From Azolla caroliniana (lineage: Eukaryota > Plantae > Polypodiophyta): a stretch of 64,000 nucleotides of DNA. Location of the stretch: contig JBHGNT010000011.1 in the NCBI GenBank assembly GCA_043228905.1, positions 868,001-932,000 of the forward strand. The letters are read 5' to 3'. Of the stretch, positions 14,457 to 27,174 are shown piece by piece. How positions within the stretch are numbered: the first letter of the stretch is position 1; every line of letters starts with the position of its first letter. The notes under the pieces are model-generated. The model was not told the DNA's origin, did not search any database, and worked only from the letters and a program-made list of their open reading frames with translations. The position numbers were made by a program, and so were the translations under genes.

Positions 14457-17400
14457 TCACTTCACAACATAAGACACAACTACAGTAATATCATCCATTT
14501 TCCCTCCATTGAATCGAAAACCCGCATCTTGTGCTGCTGATGCATATGGGGTCCGCCTATTGCAATCGGCAGCATGCTCCCTAGCCAATGATGCTATCTT
14601 TTTAGCCGTAATATCTGGACTTGCACCAGATCTGGTAGCTTGCACTACCATACTCACCACTTCAGTATCATATAAGTTATCAAAAAGCCCATCTGTGCCG
14701 GCAACAATAACATCGCCAACTGCAACTTCGACATTAAACACCTGTCAAAAGAGCATAGTATCTGATAAAATTTATATCCAAATACATGCTTTTCAAGTTA
14801 CCTATAAATATTATCTCTAAACATGATCAAAATTATCCACAACATCATCTATAAAATAATCTGTAACATGTGAGGAGAGAAGTCAGCCTAGTTGTTCAGG
14901 GTCTTTATCTGTAACCAAAAATGCCCAACAAATTTCACTCCCTCCAAACTAAAAGTGCCTTCATGAAGTTACGAAATAGAAGTGGTTCAGTACCTTCACA
15001 GGTTGTACAACCCTAGAATCTTTAGCTTCATTTTCGTGACTCTTTAAAAAAAGCTCAGGTGTAAAAAATAGCAGGAATTTCCAAAATCCTTGAATCTATC
15101 TGGCAATTATTTCATATACACAATGCATACCTCTGCAGCAGCAGGGGGGTCGCCTCCACCACTTTCTAGCTGAAATGGGAAGTTGAAAATATGTTGTTGT
15201 GATGGTGACTTGAAGACTAAACGACCATTTCTGACAACTAAGAAACCGCTATCCCCAAGGTTTGTAGCTTGCAAATTCTGATTGAAAATAGAAGTTTTGA
15301 AAGGACATGAGAATGGTCCATCGCATTATTAATAGTCTACAAAACAAACATGTTTTGCAAATGCATGTGACTCACAGTGTCTAAGAGAGCAAGAATGCAA
15401 GCCGTTGATGATCCTCTACAATTTGTCTTAGAATGAGCTATCTCCATTATGTGTCTAGTGTCAATACAGCCTGATGGCTCTTGCTGAACAGCTACTAGAG
15501 AATGATTCATGAGTTGGCGAGCATACTCTCCAGCATCAACACCGACATCAGCCCAACCTCCTACTCCATCAGCAACTCCAACTACATGCTTTTCAGAACA
15601 AATGAAATAAGCATCCTCTCCTCCTGTATCCTCCTTATCTGGATGGGGTAAACAAAAAGCTGCTGAAAGAAGTTTCAATCCTTTGCTCTCATCACTCCTG
15701 CAGACAAAGTTACTTAATATCATTAATTTGAATGGCAAATTCCATGAGAAGTTACAAGTACCTGGTGTAGAATTGATCAAAAGCACATAATGGATAGTAC
15801 AGTATATGTATAAATAATGCTTAAAAACTTATGGAGAATCTCAGTGTTAGAGAATTGGGAACACTTGAGAGAGTATATCCATAATACCTCCTAATTCAAA
15901 TAAATATAACACTTCCAATTACATGAGATACACGAGATTAAGGGGAACCCTACAAGTATATTTCTATGTATGAACAAATTATATCGAGAATCAAAATTTA
16001 GTTTAACATTGTCACACGGGTTCAAATTTCATATTTATGTAATATTAAAGAGATTGAAAGAAGATAAGTATGTCTACTGATAGACAGACAAAGCCAGGGA
16101 AAGAATGTGAGCATGCAAATGCTGTTTTGTTTATGATTCTTTGGTATATATAGTCAAAGAGTTCAATATTAATTATATTTTCCTGAGAATCCATAAGCAT
16201 AGGTCCTAACAAAAAGACAAAGGTGGAGTAAGAGAGGCTACATAACAGTAGGAAAAAACAACAGTTTAGTTTGAGCTGAACTGAACCATAAAACCGTGGC
16301 CCAACAACTTTAACTGGTTAGGCTCCTGAACCCTTACAATTCCTCTTAGTTTTAGTTTTCTTTTGAGTTTTAAAAAAACAACCCTCTATTGAAAAGCTGA
16401 AAATTGAGTGTACAGTCCAAAAATCATTTGACCTGAAACCAAACAGTAAAAAGCAAGGCTTAACAGCTTAACAGTTTGTCTTGAACCATTTGGTTTGCGC
16501 TTGAAAACCGTAAAATAGTTTGGTTTGAGCGGTTATGATTTTCATTTAAAGGTTTCACAATTCAGTTTAAATTTCAAAATTGTTAACAGTTTGGTTTGAA
16601 GTGGTTTGAGATTGAGAGTCTCAAACTGAACCAAACCGTTGTTGATTACCAATTAACAGTCAAAGGGTCAAATATTAAATTATGTTTTCCTAAGGGAACA
16701 TTTCAGTATAGCAAGTTGAGAATTTTCTTTCAGATTCCAGATCCCAAGAATAGTTATTTTGTGATTATGCATGTGACACAATGCTGCCAATTGTTCTTGG
16801 ATATTACTTTTCTTCCGCTTTTGTAGCTGGTCTGGCACACAAAGCAGAAGTTGCTCGGACATTAATGCTTGTTATGTTCCATTCATAAAAGGAACATTAA
16901 ACCAAGCTTTACATGGAACTCCTAATTCAAATCTGTCTATCTCCTCCCCTCTCTCCTATTTCTTATGCAAGGTGACCATACATTTCAAAGTTAGAAATCA
17001 ACCACCTTGACAAACCTTATATGGTCTACCTTGAATAAGACAGGCATTACATATATTCAAATGGTTGAGTTAGACTTGTGAACCTCACATTGTTAATCAT
17101 ATTTGGGAAAAGCTATGAACAACATAAGAAAACAATACACCTATAAATCAAGTGGATTTGATGAGAAAGCTAGTGTCAAAGAGTGCAAATGAACACATAT
17201 CCACTTTCACTAGCATATTGAACCAATTGCACAATTCAGGCATCCAAGTCTTTGATAATAGGCAGAGGGCCATATTCTTTCTGATGCTCTTCCCAACAAT
17301 TGGGAAACATTGCTTTTCTCATTATCTTATTGCCACAACCTTATGTTTGATAGGCTGATAGCTCTATCTTGAAAGAAGTGATCAAGAAGGTTATTTGTGA

Positions 17401-20400
17401 GAGTAGTGGCTCAATTAATGTTGCATGTGGAATACACACCATGAAATCTGATGTAGAATAACGAAATAGGAGTCAGACCAAAGGCAAGTCCAGTTCAAGA
17501 AGGCCACAAGAAAGACCTTGAATGTAGAAAGAATGCCAATGACAAGAAAAAGGATGTAAAAGAGACAATTTATGATGATACAAATAGCTCTAAGGGCAAA
17601 GAGAAGACCAATTTAGTCTCTAATGTTATCACTGAAGAGCTATCTGATGCAAAAACAAATGTTTGTGCCACATTGTCTTCTAACAATGCTTCTACAACCC
17701 ATCTGCAAGATATGCAGATCACTAAATGTGACATTATTGATGCATTGAATCAGACTTCTCAGTCTTTTGGATCTTGTGCATTTCAATATTTGTAGAATTG
17801 GGTGCTTTCTATTTTGTTTCTTTTGTTGGGAATTGTTCGTGGAGAACTTGGGTTTATTTGCTGAAAAGAAAGATGAAGCTTTTGCTCATTTAAGTCTTTT
17901 CATGTCTTTGTCACCACCCAAACAGTTAGTAGAAAGCTAAAATGCATACAGACAGATAATGAGGTTGAATTCATAAGTATTGAATTTAGAAGATTCTGGA
18001 GGTACCTGGTATGAAAAGGGAGGTAACAGACCCATACAGCCCTTCTCTTAAGGGGTTGGCTGAAAGATATGATAGGACACTATATAATAGGGTGAGATGC
18101 ATGCTGTCCACAGCTAATCTCCTGCATGGCTTTTGACGACAGACTAAAACTGCAGTACGTTCACACAATAGATCATCTCACACATCATTGAAAGGTGGCA
18201 TCTCAGAGGAGGTTTGGCCTGGAAAACCAGCCTAATATGACCATATACTCATATTCCGCAGTGATGCATTTGTGCACATTAGACATGAGAACAGGGATAA
18301 AGTTGATGCAAAGTCCATGAAGGGCATCTTCCTTGGGTATGAGGCTAAGCTAGTTGAATCTTTTTGTGCCTCTAAGAACATAAAAAAAAGGTTAGATTTC
18401 AGCATAAAAGCCGGCCAATGGTACGATAATGTGCCTCGACTAGAACCACAAAAGGCTGAAAACCATGATGAGCACATAGTGATGTTGCCAGAAGGTGGAC
18501 AGCCATTAAACACACTTGGAGTTCATGGACTGATGAATAATGCTGAAAATAGAGCTGTACATGGACAGCAGCCTATATAAGTCTTAAGAAGAAATCCGAG
18601 TAGCAGCACAACTACCCTATTATCATTCCATTCTTGGTATTATGTTATTTGCTTAATCTCTTCCGTTTGTGTCTATAGAATACAATGACATGTTAATCAA
18701 TGAGCCACTGTTGGCTTCTCACAATCACACACTTTGTTAGGAGTCGAGCTAATTGGGTAGAGTAAAGTCTGTCACCTAAAACAACAAATGATTTTCTACA
18801 ATAAGCCATATTAAGCAGCCTAGTCCAATTATGACATATTTACAGCTACTATTCATGATAATGTTCCATAATTGGCATATACTACATAATTACAATAACA
18901 GACAGTTTTATCTCTTTCATTTGTGTTATTATACTACATAATTACAATAACAGACATTTACAGCTACTATTCATGATAATGTTCCATAATTGGCATATAC
19001 TACATAATTACAATAACAGACAGTTTTATCTCTTTCATTTGTGTTATTATAATAAAATAAAGATACTGTTTGTCTTTGAGGCACTGTGGGGTCTTGACCT
19101 CTTGCCACCACTATCTAACTCAATCATGTACAGTCAGAGTTTTATGGACTAGTAAAATCACGAAGGATTTGTACCAAAACACTGTGATACATTTATAACT
19201 GTTACACATGATGTTTTTATAAATATGAAGTGACAATCCAAAACATCCATAAAAAATGCACAACATCGCATGAAAACAAGGGAAACAGAACACCAAAAGT
19301 AGGAGAAAAAAGAAAAACAGAAGACGAATCTTAGAACAAATACTAGGACATGAAAGTAAGGACTGACCTTTCTCTATACTTCTTTTTAACTTCAAAGCTT
19401 TCGTTATCTGCAGTGCAATCAAATGTTAACCCTAAATGCATTAAAGCAGCTGCTCCGCCACAAGTAAAACCATGACCTCCTTTATGAAGTAAACTCCTGA
19501 GCATAGGAAATATAGATTGGCCTAACTGCATAAAATGGAGAGCTAAAGAAGTACTCAAAATCCTCCTGAGATGTGACCTTTCTAGTCCACCTTGCTTGGT
19601 GTCAAAGAGCCCATTATCTCGCATTGAATCTTCAAGGCTAGATGTCCACCTTGTTTTATTGAGAACTATTTGATGCATCTCCTCTTCAGAAGATATCACA
19701 TTTCCGCGAAAGACCCATTGCATAGAAAAACATAAACTCAATAAAGGTATCATCGGAGGTGAAATTGCATCCCATGAATGGATCTTATTACTCATACCCT
19801 TATTGCTGATAAATGTGTAATTTGATGAATATGCCCGAGCCCATGAGGGAAACCAATTCGATCTGATAGCCTGATTTTGATCAAGCCAAATATGGGAGGA
19901 ATTAAAAGAAGTATGGCTGAATTTATGCAGTACAGGGGAATGGGTAGAGGATCTAGCAAAGACCCCAGAATCCACTTTGAATCCTTTGCTATAAAGGGTC
20001 TTCCGCAGATCAACTACTTTGGAAGGATGATGCAATGGTGATGTCGGAAAATAGTGATTTCCTGTATCAACTATTCTGCAAAGATGATGAACAGATGATG
20101 ATGCTGAAACATCAAGATTTCCTGGATCGACCACTCTGGAAACATGACATAATGATGATGTCGAAACATCGAGCTTTCCTGGATCAGCCACTTTGGAATG
20201 ATGATGTAATGACGACGTCAAGACGTTGATTTCGACTACTTTGGAAAGATGATGTGATAATGATATCACTTTAGAAAGACGATGTGATGGCGATGTCACT
20301 TTTGAAAGCTGATGTAGTGATGATGTTATAATGATGGATTGAGATCGGATCGAATCCCGATTATAACAAAATGAATGCTTCGAGGTGATAATCGATCGTG

Positions 20401-20467
20401 TGAGTATGTGATAATGAGCCTTAGTGTGTGAATGAAATGTTCTCAAGAGGTGATATACCGATGGCAT
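14457..20467 (-). CDS. Protein phosphatase 2C, PPTC7/PP2C55-80 type, with long N-terminal extension (617 aa)
   Basis: Exons 20467-19368, 15697-15376, 15277-15131, 14741-14457 have GT-AG sites and matching phases (1854 nt). Motifs: PHPDKEDTGGEDAYF, GVADGVGGW, GSSTACI, NLGDSGF, QQHIFNFPFQL, AGTDGLFDN, GGKMDDITVVVS. The first exon is supported only by open frame, donor site and phase. Confidence 0.88.
17050..18350 (+). mobile_element. Degenerate Ty1/copia gag-integrase relic in PP2C intron 1 (antisense to the gene)
   Basis: Peptides DLMRKLV, LKCIQTDNEVEF, PYSPSLKGLAERYDRTLYNRVRCML and HIRHENRDKVDAKSMKGIFLGY are copia gag/IN motifs. Boundaries approximate. Confidence 0.75.
18837..19050. repeat. 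~118-bp tandem duplication in PP2C intron 1
   Basis: TTTACAGCTACTATTCATGATAATG... at ~18839 and ~18957. Confidence 0.85.
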
Positions 20468-21313
20468 TGTAGAGCATTATCAGATGCTTCTACAAAACTC
20501 CTTTCAGGAGATCGTGCTTCTCTTCCTTCTTCACATAGCTGTATCAGGTTCTTGACTGAGTTTGCGAAAGCCCGATTTCCTGATATGCTCGGGTTTGATG
20601 ATGTCCTTTCTGCAACCCTAATTTTTAAATGGTCTTCTTCACAAAGCTCTATTAGAATTTAATGATGGTTTTTCTAAAAGCCTAATTTCTGAACGGTTTA
20701 GTTACTTCTTTTCATAGCTCGATTAAGGTTAGCGATGATGGATTTTCTGGAACCCCTAATAGCTCCGTCGAATCGGAGAATGGAATGAGCATCAAATACC
20801 TGTCTGTGCAAAGAAACCTTATAATTCGACGATGCCTTTGCAAGAACCCTAGTTTCTGATGGGTTTTACTGGAAGAAGTTCTAACTGGCCACCAATTAGC
20901 CTAAAAACAATCTCGACATCAGGGGCATAGAATGGGCATCAAATACATACCTGTCAGTGCAAGGGAAACCACAAGGTGTGGGTAAGGCCAGTGTTCTAGC
21001 AGAAGGGGAAGGAGACCCTAAAAAAAATGAAAAGGATTACAGAGACAGGTACATACCATTTGAGGAGGTCTCCGAAGGAAAAGGGATGCAGAGATTCGTA
21101 GCAGCAGGAAGAAGAAGAAGAAGAAGAAGTAGAAGTAGAAGAGTCCCCTGCCTCTGTTTCTTGATTACATATACATACATATCTCCAATCCATAGTGTCA
21201 AAACACAAGAAATTAACACACATACAATTTCTACATACATACTCCTCACATACAATCTGTCTGTTTGCCCGTCTCTTTCTCGACCCTGGACACAACACTT
21301 GTTTGTCCGCGCC

Positions 21314-21545
21314 AGATTCTTGGATGCCCATCAGCTCGGATCATGGATTCTTGGATGCCCATCGGATCGGATCGTGGATTCTTGGATGCCCATCGGATCG
21401 GATCGTGGATTCTTGGATGCCCATCGGATCGGATCGTGGATTCTTGGATGCCCATCGGATCGGATCGTGGATTCTTGGATGCCCATCGGATCGGATTGTG
21501 GATTCTTGGATGTCCATCGGATCGGATCGGATCATGGATCCGTGG
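21314..21545. repeat. 31-bp minisatellite (GGATTCTTGGATGCCCATCGGATCGGATCGT), ~7 copies, upstream of PP2C
   Basis: Unit starts at 21345, 21376, 21407 etc. It explains the repetitive ORFs at 20957-21631. Confidence 0.95.
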
Positions 21546-24500
21546 GTGCTTGCTGGATCGGGTTTAGGATCAGCTCGTAACATGCACAATGAGAATCCAA
21601 TCGGTATTGTGGAGCTATGGTTATAAAGCATGTGTTACGGGTCATTTAGGCATATCACCCATTGGCACATTCCAGGGACACATCTCCTTACACTCTACTC
21701 CGTCCAAGCCTTTTTGGGATGCTTGCAACACACCATAGAAGAGTAAAGAAGAAGCGACGAATGTCTTCTCTTCTTGTTTGGGCATGTGACACACATGGGC
21801 ACAAATGGTTTAAAGAAGAGATGGATGGTGAGCATCTCCAACTTATGATGCGAAGGGTTTCCTAAATGGATCTATGTTCAGCAATGCTTTGAGTTGACTC
21901 GCCCAGTCGCACGACTTATAAGGCGTATGTGTATTTTCTATTTAAGCATATGAGGGACCTGAAACAAAGACCTGAACCATGTGTGGCTACACCCTCCGTG
22001 CTAACAAAAAATAGTGTATGAAGGTGATCTATTTGAGTTTGCATAGGTTGTGTTTCTTGGTTTCCAAGGATGGTAAATAAATGATGATGATCATCCTCCC
22101 TACCCCAAAACTATGCCATCTATGTGTAGATCTATTGTGGTATTTTTTTGATTTAGCAAATCAAAACAAATAGCATAAATGAACACACTGATTCTCATCT
22201 TGCATAGACAATGTGGATATAGACATTCCTCCCCTTCTTCTTCTTCTTCTTCTTCTTTTTTCCAAAAAACATTCCTCCCCTTCTAACAAGAACTGATGAT
22301 TCTATGAAGACATTTAACAAGATTTGATATAGGTGCATGCAAAATGAGTAATACCATCTTATTGATTCCCTGTGTGAGTTTAACTTTACATGTTTATATT
22401 TCTTGCTTTTACTACTATCAATGAATCTTTTTACCATAATTAAGAGTCAATAGGTAGGCAAGTTGGGTCTTGCTCTCAATGACATGAGTTGATAGTTCGT
22501 GAAATCTCATTCAGTACCATTTTTAATAGTTTCCTTTCTCTCCATCAAGAGAGGGAAATATTAGAGCTTGAAAAACTGCCATGGGGAACACAATTTTGGC
22601 CGTTCAATTATCATTCCTAAAAAAAGCAACTAACATGTCTACATCAAGAAAATGACCATTTTCATATTGCCGAAAATGGATGCTCGTTATGAATGTTGAT
22701 AAAGGTATGAATAATAGTAGGTAAGGAGTGGTTCACATTTCCTTATGTCGTAATAATACCCATGGGTTCCAACTTTCCACCACATAATCATTAACATTAA
22801 AAATATTTCCTTGGTCATGTTTTCATCCATTCACCACATACACACCCCAAATTAAAAAGACTAACATACACCCCCTTTCTCCAATAGTACCATCAACTAC
22901 GAATTATCCCCCCCCCCCAAACCTTCAATCACGAGGATATTTTGTAAGTTATTATTAGGTCATGAGTGAACCATGCATTGTCAAAGGGCATTATGGGGAA
23001 TGATGACAACTATTGAATTTGAAAGTAGAGAAAGAAAGTGATTGCAATTTGTTGAAGTAAAATATTGTGGGCTCTTTTATGCATAGTGAAGTGTTCATGT
23101 TACAAAATGCATCATTAGTTATACAATGCTTAATGAAACTTTTTTTTTGACTGATAATTCTTTATTTCAAAAAGAAATTTGAAATATCCTCAACTTCACT
23201 TGGGGTTTGATGGCAGATGCGCACGCCACAACTCCATCTTGTTACCAAAAGTATTAACATGATAATCATATTGTAATTGGAGAATGCAAGTCCCTATTTC
23301 CATGATTTCAATAGGTGGCCAAACTCTTGTTGGAATTTAATTTAAATAGATAATGATTATGGATGATACAAACCTTCAAATCCAATTACATCATCACTTT
23401 GTGTGAAGTGTTAAGTGAGTTTTTCCTTTCTTTAAATAAGCATGAAATAAAACCAAAAACAAATTTTGGGTTGCTCAAAGAGGAGAGTTGCAATGTAAGA
23501 AACTTCATGCTAGGGTTTCACATACAACAACATGGCCAACTAAGGGGAACAATGCCTTGACCATGTTCATATATGCCCACTTCTAGATATGACCTCATAG
23601 ATATAGGAAATAATAATATTAGAGGAAATCATTTGTGCTTGAACACATCCATATTGTTAAAAAAACCTTAAATGGACGAACGTGTTTGTATACCATATGC
23701 CATGGTTCCTTGAAACTTATTGGCTTTGGTCTTGTCCAAGGTAATCTCCTAAACCTGGTTGATCGATTGCACATACAATTATGATGCATCATGAGCGTGT
23801 TATGTAGGACCCTCCACACTAGACAACAACTCTTCTTAAACAATTGCATGAGAATATAGGTTCCTTACATGCATGTTCAATCCCATTAAAATATATTATG
23901 GTCTATTATACGTGGGCATTGTGGCATACGCTATAAATATGATCCTTTCCCTCTTCAATTCTTACCATGAATGACAATATTGTTGCTTATGGGTTTCTAA
24001 GGGATGTCTATGACTAACAAGAGTCCACTTTGACCAACTACAAGGGCACATGACATGAAAGCTATTCTTGATTGAGGGGAGGGTATGGTAGGACCTTACC
24101 AGTTTATGCACTTATAGCACAAGATTACATGAATGAAGGTGTGACTTGTCTTTAGGGCTACGCTTGAGTACTAAGTTGTATCACTTGAATGAAGTTGAAT
24201 AGGGACCATATTAGTGAAGCAGACTCAATGAAATAGCTAGTACTATCGTATAATAGTGGCCACAAATAGTCTTGACCAATGTGCTCCTGTTCCCTTAAAA
24301 TTAGACAATGATAAACTTTGGTATGTCCCAATAATTAATTACTATTGGTTGTTCAAGAATTATAGTCGGAGAACGAGGGAGCAGGCCAGTTGATTGAGTT
24401 CATGAAGGGTTGGTCGCCGCGGCAAAGTGACAGGGAGATGGTGCTACACCAAGCTGGGGGTTCCAGATCAGAGTTATTGGAAGTTGTGCATGCATTCGCA

Positions 24501-25214
24501 ACAATCACGCAGTACGGAAACTGCCAACAGTTAGTCGAATGGTTGGGGGGACAAGTCACCACGGCGGCAACATGCATGGCCAAAGAGCGAAAGGAGTGAT
24601 TCAGCATACCGACGCTTAAAGATAAGACAGAGGAGAAGCTGAAGCATGCCAAGGAGTTAGTGGCTATACAAGCGGAAACAAGCCAAGACAGAACCGGGGA
24701 GTCGGGTTCCAGATCGGAGAGACGATGTCGTGAAGATCCGTCACTAGGCGCGGATCGTGAGGTGGAACCGCCAAGGTTCTGGATCGGAAGGATTTGAAGT
24801 TTATGCTAGTTTTAGCGAGAAAGTATTTAAGATAGATTGAGAGAGATCGATATGGCAAGAGAGAGATACTAAAATAAAGATTTAACTCTTGATTTTAGAT
24901 TTGAGAGAGAAGATACATCAACAATAGGGTTACAAGTCTCTTATTTGATCATCCAAAATTTTTTAATTTATTTCCTTTCATATTTTCCCTCCCCTCTTTT
25001 ATAGATGCCCTCATGCATTTGAGGGTACAAGACATGCATAAAATGCATGTTTGCCATTTGGCGCTCATGTATTACATGTGGTGCATGATAACCATGTCAC
25101 TCATTTTAGCTCTTATGTATGAGAATTTACATGTAAAGTTACGATGATAAAAACATAATTGTAAGAAAATGTGTTGGCTTAATGATAAGCCTATTGACTC
25201 TTAACTTGGAGGTG

Positions 25215-27174
25215 TGATGGGATTACGGTCCCTTCGGATGGAATGGTCGGATGTCGGAGATGAATGCCGTCGAGTTCGGTTTCGGTTTCGGTTTCGGAAC
25301 CGGATGATGAAGACCCCGGAGAGCGATCCGGATGCAGGGACATATCCGTGAATATGTTTGCTATGGGCCTCTGAGGCTATAGTTGTAAATAGCCCCAAAG
25401 TCATATATGTATAAATATGACTTAGGGCAAACTGTTTTATTGTCGCTTATCATTTTTCTGTTTTTCCACTCAAGAGGAGTGAAGAGGGAGCAACCGTGAG
25501 AGAGAGAGAGAGAGAGCGCGAGAGAGGAAGAGGACGACGCCTCTGTGTATTTCCGCCGCCTGTGGCGAGGACAGCGAGCTCAAGGTCGTCGCCTTGCAGC
25601 TCGCCATTGTATACTTCTCTTTGGATAGTGTTGGTTTGGAGTCTTGTACTCCCGTGGTTTTTCCCGTCTAGGGTTTTCCACGTTAATCCCTGTGTATTCG
25701 TGTGTTTCTCTCTGTGGTTCCTATTTTCTGCTGCATTGATTCGCGCTTACTCGGTTGTGGCTGAGTGGAGAAGGTGAATCGTAGCGTCGATTCATTACAA
25801 ACTGGTATCAGAGCGAGCTGCTGCAGAAAATGGAAGGCGGCGGCAGCGGGCAGCCGGGGATGATGGTGCTGAATGCGCAGAATTACGCCGACTGGAAGAT
25901 CAAGATGGAGGATCTTCTGATTGTTCGGGACCTGTACGAACCGATTGACAGGTCGGAAATACCGAAGGGGGTACTTGAGTCGGAATGGAGGCTTCTGAAC
26001 CGGAAAGCCGTTGCAACCATTCGGCAATACGTCGACGTGAGCGTTCTACAACATGTGGCGAACGACACCAACGCATATGAGATGTGGCGGAAGCTGTCGG
26101 GCCTCTATGAGAGGAAGAATGCGTTGAACCGGACCTCCCTGATGAGGAAGATAGTGAATCTCAAGTACCGGGACGGCGAGAGTATGGTGGAACACGTAAG
26201 CACGTTCATGGGATTCGTGAATCAGCTTGCGGCGATCAAGTTCCCGTTGGAGGATGCAATGCAAGCCATCATCCTGATGTGTACATTGCCGGAAAGCTGG
26301 GAGAACCTGGTGGTGACGCTCAGCACCTCCTGCACCGAAGATAACTTGTCCTTACAAACGGTAAAGACAAGTATTTTGAACGAAGAAGCGCGTCGGAGAG
26401 ATAAAGAACCGGCCTCCGACTCGAAGGCGCTGCTTACCGAATCGGATCGGGGAAGACAATGGAACCGGAGTCCGCAAAGACGGGAGAAGTCGGGGACCCG
26501 GTCGCAGTCAAGAGGAAGGCCCACATGCTTCCACTGTGGGAAGCCGGGGCACTTCCGAAAGAATTGTCGGCATTACCGAAAAGACAACGGAGCCGACGAC
26601 ACCGATTCGAAGAAGTCACCGGAGAGAAACGGTGCATACCGGGGAGCCACGGACCGGAGAGGTTCGGATCGGCGAGGGCAGGACCGGAAAGGAACAACGG
26701 CACTCGCGGCAAGTGAGGAAGAAATCATGCTCATCACCGAAGAAGGTGAACTAAACATTGCCGGCGATGAAACGACCTGGGTGGTCGATTCTGGAGCATC
26801 GTTCCATCTGACCCCGGAGAGAAGATACTTCTCATCCTACACAGCCGGTGAGCATGGCTGTGTTCGAATGGGAAATGAAGGTACGTGCCGGATTGCCGGC
26901 ATAGGAGACGTGTGGTTGACAACCCCGACCGGATGCAAAATGCTGCTGAAGGATGTCCGACACGTTCCGGAGGTTCGATTGAACCTGATTTCGGCCGGGA
27001 GGCTAGACGATGAAGGCTACACAGGTAGCATCCGGAACGGCGTAATGAAGTTCAGCAAGGGGAGCTTGATAGTGGCTCGGGCCCGGAAAGACAACACGTT
27101 GTACCTGATGAATGCCCGGTTATGTCCGGAAGAGCTGAATGTGGCAGCCGACACTGCCGGTGAGCTGTGGCACA
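25215..27174 (+). mobile_element. Copia C1: 5' LTR, PBS and gag-PR, truncated by a deletion that fuses it to the integrase of gypsy A
   Basis: LTR 25215-25799 (TG...CA), PBS TGGTATCAGAGC 25803-25814. ORF from ATG 25830 has CFHCGKPGHFRKNC and WVVDSGAS. Homology to C2 ends abruptly at ELWH (~27173). Confidence 0.92.

Noticed and set aside
16255-16640. MITE/DNA-transposon remnant with AACCG/AACTG motifs in both orientations
   Set aside because: No definable terminal inverted repeats or TSD; too degenerate to call.
21195-21631. Repetitive ORFs and a possible CRISPR-like array
   Set aside because: Head-to-tail 31-bp units without unique spacers, in a eukaryotic context with no cas genes.
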